A DNA stretch of 32,000 bases. It comes from Nostoc punctiforme PCC 73102. Its GTDB lineage: Bacteria; Cyanobacteriota; Cyanobacteriia; Cyanobacteriales; Nostocaceae. The stretch is taken from contig NC_010628.1 of assembly GCF_000020025.1 (NCBI RefSeq), forward strand, positions 4,950,001 through 4,982,000, in the 5' to 3' direction. This document shows, piece after piece, positions 25,422 through 32,000 of this stretch. The notes under the pieces are model-generated. The model was not told the DNA's origin. It did not search any database and worked only from the letters and a program-made list of their open reading frames with translations. How positions within the stretch are numbered: the first letter of the stretch is position 1; the number at the start of each line of letters is the position of its first letter. The position numbers and the translations under genes are program-made.

Positions 25422-25940
25422 TGCTACCTATTATCTGATTATCTTAAGTAAAAACCAACAATTATTACCATAAACTAAAATGATAGTACATTTAAATTGT
25501 AAGATTAATAGAAAATTGACTTATGTAATTTAGCCAAAAATATTAATAAATTAAATCTAGCTGTACTCCAATACTTAATAATAGTACGATTAAATATAAT
25601 ATTAATCAATTATTAAGCTTTTCTTTACGAGTTTTTTACAATTAATAGTATTAAATAAAAGACTGGTTTTAAAAGTCAACCTAGCAATTTTTATAAGTGA
25701 AATTACTTAAGCAACACTAGAAGCAATAATAGGCTACTTGCCAGTCATAGAATAGGTTTTATCTGGATTTGAAGTAAAATAATACAATTGTACAAAATTG
25801 CTGTTATAAATACGCTGGTAAGGATCTAAATATATAGATATAGGCTCTTACAAAGAATTCATTTTTTGGGAATATTATTAAATATACATAACTGAGAAAA
25901 TTAAATTATCTTCTCGCTGGAAAAAAGTATTCATAAAAAA

Positions 25941-25962
25941 GGGAGCTAACAGCTCCCTTTTT
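25941..25962. terminator. Rho-independent terminator of the PEP-CTERM gene; bidirectional geometry
   Basis: gggagct (25941-25947), loop aac, agctccc (25951-25957). An A6 run precedes and a T5 run follows, so a T-run follows the stem on both strands. Confidence 0.7.
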
Positions 25963-25990
25963 CATTTGTAGTTTTAAACTTGCAATCTTC

Positions 25991-26938
25991 TTAAATAGAT
26001 GCTTTTTTCAATTTGCGTTGTGTGGCAAAAACACCAGCCACACCCAATAGACCCAGCATAACTGATGGTTCTGGGACTGCTGCGGGAGGTATACCTTGGA
26101 TGGTAACTTCATAGTTACCACTGTGAGACTTGCCATCAGCACCCGGCCCCGAATTGTTGCTTAGTCCGCTTTGTGTAGCAGAAAAGCTGTAACGGAAATC
26201 AGTCTTGCCATTGTATGTAACTTTAACAACTTCACTAGCTTGAAATCCATCTTTAAGAAAATTACCAAAACTTCCTAACAGAGGCGCATAGTAATCTTTT
26301 AAATTGTAGTGACCCGCTAACCCAATTTTAATATCGCCAGTGGTGTCATTTTGATTAACGTAAGAAATATTAGGATCGCTAGAGCGTTGGAAACCACCAA
26401 TACCATAAAATGCGTTAAAGGCTTGCTGACGAATAAACGAGCTAGGAGTAAAACTTGGTAGATTTAGTGCTAATTTAATTGCAGATTCATTACTTGCGAG
26501 ACCAGCTGCATCATAAAATTGGTTAAACCAAGTATTTGCAAAGTTATTTACCCCATAGCTTGTACTCAATACTGATCCGGTACTAAACCAATCTGTTGCT
26601 GTCAGACTACTCAAGGTAATACTTTTGTCACCAATTTGTCCTGTCAAAGTGGTATTCTTGCTGAAATCAAAACCAGACTGCTCACTGCTGGCTCGTAACT
26701 CTACGTTTCCAGTGGGGTTTGCAGCATTGCCATCTAGGACTTTCTGGACGTTTGTCTGGGTATTTGGCACCAGTACAGTACTGTTACCTGACATATCATA
26801 TACTAAGTAATCACTGGCTGCTGTTCCACCAATAGTAGCGCCGGTGAGGGTTCCAGCTTGTGCTGGTACAGTAGCGATCGCGCCCACACCAATAGCCATT
26901 GAAGCGCCAATTACAAGTTTCTGAAAAGTCATCTTCAT
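25991..26938 (-). CDS. Secreted PEP-CTERM sorting-domain protein
   Basis: N-terminal signal peptide (MKMTFQKLVIGASMAIGVGAIATVPAQA). C-terminal VPEP, a hydrophobic helix and a basic tail (VPEPSVMLGLLGVAGVFATQRKLKK) form the PEP-CTERM/exosortase sorting signal. I prefer the ATG at 26936-26938 over the TTG at 26947. Confidence 0.8.
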   Translation of the reverse strand: MKMTFQKLVIGASMAIGVGAIATVPAQAGTLTGATIGGTAASDYLVYDMSGNSTVLVPNTQTNVQKVLDGNAANPTGNVELRASSEQSGFDFSKNTTLTGQIGDKSITLSSLTATDWFSTGSVLSTSYGVNNFANTWFNQFYDAAGLASNESAIKLALNLPSFTPSSFIRQQAFNAFYGIGGFQRSSDPNISYVNQNDTTGDIKIGLAGHYNLKDYYAPLLGSFGNFLKDGFQASEVVKVTYNGKTDFRYSFSATQSGLSNNSGPGADGKSHSGNYEVTIQGIPPAAVPEPSVMLGLLGVAGVFATQRKLKKASI

Positions 26939-27264
26939 TGTTTTCAAGTCTCTGTTAGTTTGGAAGTTAAGTTTTAAACTATTGCCGTTTATAGGCTTGG
27001 GCTGTCTTGACTACAGGCTTTTGGCAATACGGCAGCTTGAAAACGCCACCTGCATTGTTAGCCATCTTTGGTAGCTGAACGTACAAACCCACTTTACGAG
27101 ACGGGGAGACCTGATTGGGTGAAGTTCCTTCGGATTATCAATAAAAATATGAAGAATATTTCTAGATTTTTATAAGTCTAATTACATACTTTTAAGAATA
27201 TTGGCAGTAACAAAAGCTATAAAAAAATTAGTTTAATCTCAGTACAATACAGTTATTTATAGGG

Positions 27265-27336
27265 CAATACGGTTCAGTTAAGGTTTTTATGGCGAACTGA
27301 ACCGTATTGATTCATGGGGGCGCACGGCTGTGCGCC
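27265..27336. repeat. Two adjacent hairpins of dispersed-repeat type, 3' of the aminotransferase gene
   Basis: caatacggttcagtt (27265-27279) pairs exactly with aactgaaccgtattg (27295-27309), a 15-bp stem. A GC hairpin follows: ggcgcac (27319-27325) with gtgcgcc (27330-27336). The CAATACGGTTC motif recurs at 5298-5310 (reverse complement), 22118-22130 and 27037-27046 (partial). Confidence 0.7.
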
Positions 27337-27402
27337 TTTGCTGCGTCTTCTATACATAGACTTTGCCGCAAAAAATACTTGGCGTTCAGCTTAAGAAGAA
27401 AT

Positions 27403-28614
27403 TTAATAAAGGAACTGGGCAATTCTTTCCACAGCAGTTTCTAACAAAGGTGGCTCATGTACCAAGGCAAAACGGACATACCCTTCGCCAGATTTGCCAA
27501 AGCCAGCACCAGGCGAAGCAGCTACACCAGTTTGTTTAACTAGCTGGGTACAAAATTCTATGGAGTTTTGACTCCAAGCTGAGGGTAATTTTGCCCAGAT
27601 GTACATTGTGGCTTTGGGAGTAGGAACATTCCAGCCAATGGAGTGTAAAGCAGTAATGAAGGCATCACGGCGTTGCTGGAAGATAGCGACAGCAGATTTT
27701 ACCCCAGCTTGAGGACCAGTTAGGGCTGCGATCGCACCATTCAAAATTCCCCGATACTGATTAAAATCAACGGCAGCTTTTACCTGACGTAAGGCGTTAA
27801 TTAACTCGGCGTTACCGATGGCGTAGCCAATGCGGAAGCCGCCCATATTGTAGGACTTGGAAAGGGTAAAAAATTCAATCGAAACGCTTTTCTCTGGATC
27901 GGCTTGCAGAATAGAAGGGACTAAAGATTTTGGATTGGGAGAAGAATCTGCCCACTCCCCAGTTTCCTGAAATACTAAATCTACGTAGGGGAAATCGTGA
28001 ACCAGGATGAGATTGTGTTGTTGACAGAAGGCTACAGCTTCTTGGAAGAAAGATAAAGGAGCGATCGCTGAGGTGGGATTGTGAGGATAACTTAATACCA
28101 TCATTCGCGACTGGGCCAAAACTGGGGCAGGGATATCCGCAAACACTGGTAAAAAAGCGTTTTCTGCCCGTAATGGCATCGGGTAGATTTGACCACTGGC
28201 TAGGTGGACTCCCCCGGCATGAGAGGGATAACCTGGATCGAGCAACAGGGCAAAATCTCCTGGATTGAGCAATGCTAGAGGTAAATGGGCTGTACCCTCT
28301 TGAGAACCAATCAGAGGTAGTACCTCAGTTTGGGGATCTACTTTGATGCCAAATTTTTGTTCGTACCAGTTGGCTGCGGCTTCACGAAACCCAAGAGTAC
28401 CGTTAAACAACAAATAGCCGTGGGTACTGCGATCGTGAAGAGATTGGGCGATCGCCTCAATGACGTGTGCCTCGACTGGTAAATCAGAAGACCCCAACGA
28501 CAAATCAATTACTTCTTGTCCAGCGGCCAAAGCGATTGCCTTGGCTCTGTCCATATCAGCAAATACATTAGATTGCAGGGGTTGTAAACGCTTTGCAAAT
28601 TGCATGTTAGTCAT
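27403..28614 (-). CDS. Class I/II PLP-dependent aminotransferase (AspC/DapC-like)
   Basis: 403 aa with LSYPHNPTSA and the PLP-lysine block FTLSKSYNMGGFRIGY. The start ATG at 28612-28614 lies in the first STRR heptamer; an alternative ATG is at 28603-28605. Confidence 0.85.
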   Translation of the reverse strand: MTNMQFAKRLQPLQSNVFADMDRAKAIALAAGQEVIDLSLGSSDLPVEAHVIEAIAQSLHDRSTHGYLLFNGTLGFREAAANWYEQKFGIKVDPQTEVLPLIGSQEGTAHLPLALLNPGDFALLLDPGYPSHAGGVHLASGQIYPMPLRAENAFLPVFADIPAPVLAQSRMMVLSYPHNPTSAIAPLSFFQEAVAFCQQHNLILVHDFPYVDLVFQETGEWADSSPNPKSLVPSILQADPEKSVSIEFFTLSKSYNMGGFRIGYAIGNAELINALRQVKAAVDFNQYRGILNGAIAALTGPQAGVKSAVAIFQQRRDAFITALHSIGWNVPTPKATMYIWAKLPSAWSQNSIEFCTQLVKQTGVAASPGAGFGKSGEGYVRFALVHEPPLLETAVERIAQFLY

Positions 28615-28652
28615 TTGTCATTTGTCATTGGTCATTGGTCATTAGTCATTAG
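28611..28652. repeat. STRR2-type heptamer array (TCATTGG, a rotation of TTGGTCA), six units
   Basis: tcatttg tcatttg tcattgg tcattgg tcattag tcattag, in strict 7-nt register. Confidence 0.9.
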
Positions 28653-28673
28653 TTATGGACTATTAACTATTGA

Positions 28674-29009
28674 CTAATTACTATTTAAGTGCGTATCTAA
28701 GAGTTCAAGTAACTTATCTTTACCGATGACTCCCTCAGTCGAAATTAAAACTTCCTGGCCCTGAAATAGTCTCAGAGCCGGAACACCTTCCACTTGGTAC
28801 TGCTTAACAGTGAGTGGGTTGGGGTCAATTTCCATTTTCACGACTTTGAGGCGATCGCTATATTTGCTAGCAGCTGAGTTAATCATGGGCGACATCAATT
28901 GACAAGGCCCACACCAGGAAGCCCAAAAGTAAACTAATACAGGCTGTTCAGCTTTTAACACTTCTGTTTCAAACTCAGCATCAGTTATGGTGATTACAGC
29001 CTTACTCAT
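28674..29009 (-). CDS. Thioredoxin (WCGPC active site)
   Basis: MSKAVITITDAEFETEVLKAEQPVLVYFWASWCGPCQLMSP...GVPALRLF.... I prefer the ATG at 29007-29009, which has GGAG 7 nt upstream, over the ORF-track start at 29048. Confidence 0.9.
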   Translation of the reverse strand: MSKAVITITDAEFETEVLKAEQPVLVYFWASWCGPCQLMSPMINSAASKYSDRLKVVKMEIDPNPLTVKQYQVEGVPALRLFQGQEVLISTEGVIGKDKLLELLDTHLNSN

Positions 29010-29108
29010 TGCAGTCTCCATCCGGTGGCGATCAAAGTTGGCACACACAATACTTTATCCCAAAGTAGTCAATAGTCCATAATCAATAATTCATAGTTAT
29101 TTTGACTG

Positions 29109-29124
29109 TTAACTATTGACTAAT
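29109..29124. repeat. 16-bp exact direct repeat TTAACTATTGACTAAT, partner at 28663-28678, flanking the thioredoxin gene
   Basis: The 16-mers are identical on both sides of the gene. In addition, agtcaatagtccataa (29067-29082) is a near reverse complement of ttatggactatt..gact at 28653-28675. Confidence 0.8.
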
Positions 29125-29126
29125 GA

Positions 29127-29156
29127 TATAAAATCCCACAACCAATAGGCGTGGGA
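29127..29156 (-). terminator. Candidate terminator of vipp1
   Basis: Stem tcccac (29134-29139) pairs with gtggga (29151-29156). On the minus strand it is followed by ttttatatc. Confidence 0.45.
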
Positions 29157-29183
29157 CTGGCTCAAATAAGTTTTCTGGCAATT

Positions 29184-29960
29184 TTATAGTTGATCCAATT
29201 GCTTGCGTAGGGAATCCAACTCGGCATCAACCACTTCATTCGACTTAGCAGGAGTAGTTTCTTGTTGGGGTGGAAGTTGTGCTTGAGTTACTGGAGTAGC
29301 TGGTGGTAGCATTTGCGCTTTCAAAGCTGCTAATTCATCATCAACATCGCTACCACCTTCCAACTGGGCAAATTGGGTTTCTAAATCTGCACCTGCTAAC
29401 TCTCCTAGTGCCTGGGCCCGGGATTCTTGCATCAAGACTTTTTCTTCCATCCGCTCGAAGGCAGACATTGCACTGCTGGTATTCATCCCACGCACCATGC
29501 CTTGGAGTTGCTCTTGGGCTTTGGCAGTTGTGATCCGAGCTTTAAGCATTTCTTTCTTGGTTTTAGCCTCAGAAATTTTGCTTTCCAGCTGGATTAAGTT
29601 GCGCTTGAGGGTTTCAACTTGAGTGCTTTGGGTATCTAAACTAGCTTTGAGGGCGGCGCTGGTGTCAGTATAGGTTTTTTTCCGCTCTAAAGCTTGTCGT
29701 GCTAAATTCTCATCACCTTTTTGTAGGGCGAGTTGGGCATTGCGTTGCCACTTATTGATTTCATTTTGGGCATCATTGTACTGTTTCTCACTGCGTTTTT
29801 GGGCGGCGATCGCTTGGGCTACTCCCTGACGCAGCTGCACCAAGTCTTCCTGCATTTCCAGGATGGCTTGTTCTAGCATTTTTTCGGGGTCTTCGGCTTT
29901 GTTAACCAGGTCGTTGAGGTTAGAACTAACTACTCGCTTAATGCGATCGAATAATCCCAT
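29184..29960 (-). CDS. vipp1: Vipp1/IM30 (PspA family with a Vipp1-type C-terminal extension)
   Basis: MGLFDRIKRVVSSNLNDLVNKAEDPEKMLEQAILEMQEDL... is the PspA/IM30 fold. It continues into a Pro-rich linker and a terminal amphipathic helix (...PPATPVTQAQLPPQQETTPAKSNEVVDAELDSLRKQLDQL), characteristic of Vipp1. Confidence 0.85.
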   Translation of the reverse strand: MGLFDRIKRVVSSNLNDLVNKAEDPEKMLEQAILEMQEDLVQLRQGVAQAIAAQKRSEKQYNDAQNEINKWQRNAQLALQKGDENLARQALERKKTYTDTSAALKASLDTQSTQVETLKRNLIQLESKISEAKTKKEMLKARITTAKAQEQLQGMVRGMNTSSAMSAFERMEEKVLMQESRAQALGELAGADLETQFAQLEGGSDVDDELAALKAQMLPPATPVTQAQLPPQQETTPAKSNEVVDAELDSLRKQLDQL

Positions 29961-30122
29961 AACTTTGTTTTTCCTTGTTTGGTTTACGCTTTTTGTTGGA
30001 CAGTTAGCTTTTTTACTTTTTAATAGCTACCTATTTCAATGTAATCTTTCCGGTTGGAATCAGTACGTTATAACAACTCTTAATTGTTAAGATATCTCCA
30101 AACTGGGGTAATTAGCCGAAGT

Positions 30123-30878
30123 TCAAGAGTCTTGAGTTTTGGGTAACTGCTGTTGGGGAGGCTGTGCCGTGTTCTGCTTCGCCTCGGTAAGCAAACTGTT
30201 GTGCTGTATGTTTTCTGCCTGATTTAAAACCTGTACCTTCATCGCTGCTAATTCGGCATCCACATTATTAGTAGATTCCAAGGAAGTAAATTGTGTTTCC
30301 AAGTCGTCGCTACCGAGTTGAGCGATCGCTTCTGATTTAGCTTCTATTTGCAAAACTTTTTCTTCCATACGCTCAAAGGCGCTCAGACTGCTGGTAGCAG
30401 AAACTCCCCCAAGCATTTCCTGGAGGCGAGAAGATGCTTCAGCAGAACGGGCGCGAGCAATATACATATCTTTTTTTGTTTTCGCCTCGGAAATTTTTAA
30501 CTCTAGCGATCGCATATCCTTTTTTAGCCTAGCGACTATATCGTTTTGCTGCTCTATCTGAGAAAAGAGGGCTGTACTGGTTTCTTTATAAGCTTGGCGC
30601 TTAGTCAAAGCTTCCCGTGCTAGAGGTTCATTGCCTTGTTGTAAGGCCAATTGGGCGCGGCGATACCATTCTTCTGTTTGAGAGTTGGCAGCCGCCGCCT
30701 GTCGTTGGGTGCGTTTTTGGGTAGCGATCGCTTGTGCTACACCCGAACGCAACTGCACCAGATTTTCCTGCATTTCTAGGACAGTTTGCTCTAGAATCTT
30801 TTCTGGATCTTCTGCACCACCGATCAAACTATTGAGATTAGCGCGAATCACCCGCAGAATACGCTTGATTAATTCCAT
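30123..30878 (-). CDS. pspA: PspA-family paralogue
   Basis: MELIKRILRVIRANLNSLIGGAEDPEKILEQTVLEMQENLVQLRSGVAQAIA... is collinear with the adjacent Vipp1. Its Q/P-rich tail lacks a terminal amphipathic helix. Confidence 0.8.
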   Translation of the reverse strand: MELIKRILRVIRANLNSLIGGAEDPEKILEQTVLEMQENLVQLRSGVAQAIATQKRTQRQAAAANSQTEEWYRRAQLALQQGNEPLAREALTKRQAYKETSTALFSQIEQQNDIVARLKKDMRSLELKISEAKTKKDMYIARARSAEASSRLQEMLGGVSATSSLSAFERMEEKVLQIEAKSEAIAQLGSDDLETQFTSLESTNNVDAELAAMKVQVLNQAENIQHNSLLTEAKQNTAQPPQQQLPKTQDS

Positions 30879-30905
30879 GTCGGCTCTCCATTCACGAAAC
30901 TCAAT

Positions 30906-30933
30906 GCTGAGTAATGAGTGCTGAGTAATGAGT
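30906..30933. repeat. Tandem 14-mer (two heptamers, GCTGAGT AATGAGT), two copies, with inverted partial copies downstream
   Basis: gctgagtaatgagt at 30906-19 and again at 30920-33. Reverse-complement fragments (actcagcac, gcactcat) occur near 31040-31090. Confidence 0.75.
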
Positions 30934-31127
30934 ATAAAAATTTTGTAGGAGGGTAGTTATGGAGTGCTGAATACTCAGTCAAAGTACTGGGTATAAAATT
31001 TTTGTCGTAGTGTCATAAACAAGTCAGATTTTGTATCTACTACTCAGCACGGGCTAAACCTTAGCTATCCGCTAACAGCACTCATAAGTCAGGACTGTTA
31101 TCTCATGGTATCGTAGATTTTTGCAAC

Positions 31128-32000
31128 TTATGGTTGCTGAACTCGTGCCTTAATTCCCTTTGCCTGTAATAATTGCATTTGTTTTTGTACTTGCTCTTTA
31201 GTCTTAAAAGCACCAAGATAAATCAATTCTTTGTTGGGTGATAAATAAGCATCAGGAATTACTTGCCGTGCTGAAGCAAAAGCTGCACCTTTATTATCTA
31301 TCACGACATGGTAGAACCCATCTGTTCCTGGTTTGATTTCTGCATTAGGCTTTGGTGAGGCTGCTATTGGCTGGGGTGAGGTTTTTGCCGTTGAAATGGG
31401 AGGTAAATTTAGGGGAGGTAAGGGTTGTACAGTTGGTACTGGCGCTAAAGCGATCGGATTTGTCGGTTTTAGGGCTGTATTGGGGTTAGACAATGGCGCT
31501 TGAGGATTTACAGGGTTTTGGCGAACGCCTGGATTAGGCACTACTGCGACGGTTGGTTGGACTTTAGGTTGTAAGCCAACTAGATCGTTAGGATCTCTCA
31601 CATCAGGAAACTCTTGGGCAGCTAGATTGGGATACATAGATGATGTGCTTGGTGGCTGGATCTGAGGCTGGACATTACTCCCAACTTCTTCAGTATTTCC
31701 TGGTGCGGGAGACGAGTTTCCGTTAAACAAATTGGCTAAATTCCATTGAGGCAAACCTTTAGGATTGAATACTACATAACCCAAGGTAAGACTTGCTAAC
31801 AATAGCAGCAACATTGAGCCGATACCTAAAGGTGATAGCAGACTGTCACTAGAATTGCTTGGTTTTTGGGTTTCTGGTTGTTCTTCTGTCAGACTTCGCA
31901 GTAGTGCTTCACTAGATTCTAAGTAGTCATCTGGGTGCTTAGGGGTGTTATCTGTCTGCAAAAGATTTTCGCTCTTAGTATCTTTAACAATTGCTGGCAC
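31128..32000 (-). CDS. Membrane-anchored Pro-rich protein with a SPOR-like C-terminal domain; the N-terminus may extend beyond the window
   Basis: One TM segment (LLSPLGIGSMLLLLLASLTLGYVVF), a long P/Q/N-rich linker, and a C-terminal FYHVVIDNKGAAFASARQVIPDAYLSPNKELIYLGAFKTKEQVQKQMQLLQAKGIKARV. That tail resembles the SPOR peptidoglycan-binding fold pattern. The first codon, GTG, sits at the window edge. Confidence 0.55.
   Translation of the reverse strand: MPAIVKDTKSENLLQTDNTPKHPDDYLESSEALLRSLTEEQPETQKPSNSSDSLLSPLGIGSMLLLLLASLTLGYVVFNPKGLPQWNLANLFNGNSSPAPGNTEEVGSNVQPQIQPPSTSSMYPNLAAQEFPDVRDPNDLVGLQPKVQPTVAVVPNPGVRQNPVNPQAPLSNPNTALKPTNPIALAPVPTVQPLPPLNLPPISTAKTSPQPIAASPKPNAEIKPGTDGFYHVVIDNKGAAFASARQVIPDAYLSPNKELIYLGAFKTKEQVQKQMQLLQAKGIKARVQQP

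Noticed and set aside
1-32000. NtcA sites (GTA-N8-TAC), heterocyst-pattern peptides (RGSGR), and rRNA, tRNA, tmRNA, RNase P or SRP RNA genes
   Set aside because: I scanned the spacers by eye. I found only near-misses (for example GTA-N8-TAG at about 21744 and GTA-N6-TAC at about 2743) and no conserved RNA-gene cores. Nothing was reportable.

Overview
This window looks like core chromosome from a Nostoc/Anabaena-type (Nostocales) cyanobacterium. I counted more than 30 copies of the HIP1 octamer GCGATCGC by eye. Heptamer STRR arrays of the CCCCAGT and TTGGTCA types occur in several spacers. The genes include psaE, psb28, ndhO and a vipp1/pspA tandem.

I call about 33 protein-coding genes, mostly housekeeping: mdh (partial), ndhO, mutM, psaE, a fibrillin, mraY, a MoaB/MogA protein, psb28, dtd, a COG0523 GTPase, cysS, a tldD/pmbA pair, coaD, lgt, cobM, a MIF-like tautomerase, rlmN, uvrC, an aminotransferase, a thioredoxin, vipp1, pspA and a SPOR-like protein. 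I saw no rRNA, tRNA, CRISPR array, intact transposase or integrase, and no recognisable defence island.

The candidates I find most interesting are:
1. A diguanylate cyclase (5349-7106) whose three-helix N-terminus resembles the ethylene/Cu-binding domain of plant ETR1 and Synechocystis SynEtr1, fused to PAS-GAF-GGDEF.
2. Two AT-rich segments flanking uvrC (20258-22289 and 24174-27402) that almost lack HIP1. They carry orphan genes: a secreted Gln/Arg-rich repeat protein, two 59-aa ORFs missing from the ORF track (a CxxC zinc ribbon and a helical protein), a lone CheY-like receiver and a PEP-CTERM protein.
3. Dense small-repeat architecture that touches coding sequence. An in-frame STRR hairpin sits inside cysS. 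A palindromic element supplies the mutM stop codon. cobM is bracketed by 36-bp inverted repeats, and the thioredoxin gene is bracketed by repeats.
4. A His-rich COG0523 metallochaperone-type GTPase transcribed divergently from the zinc-dependent CysRS gene.

All family assignments come from reading the translations and recalling family motifs. No database search was possible.
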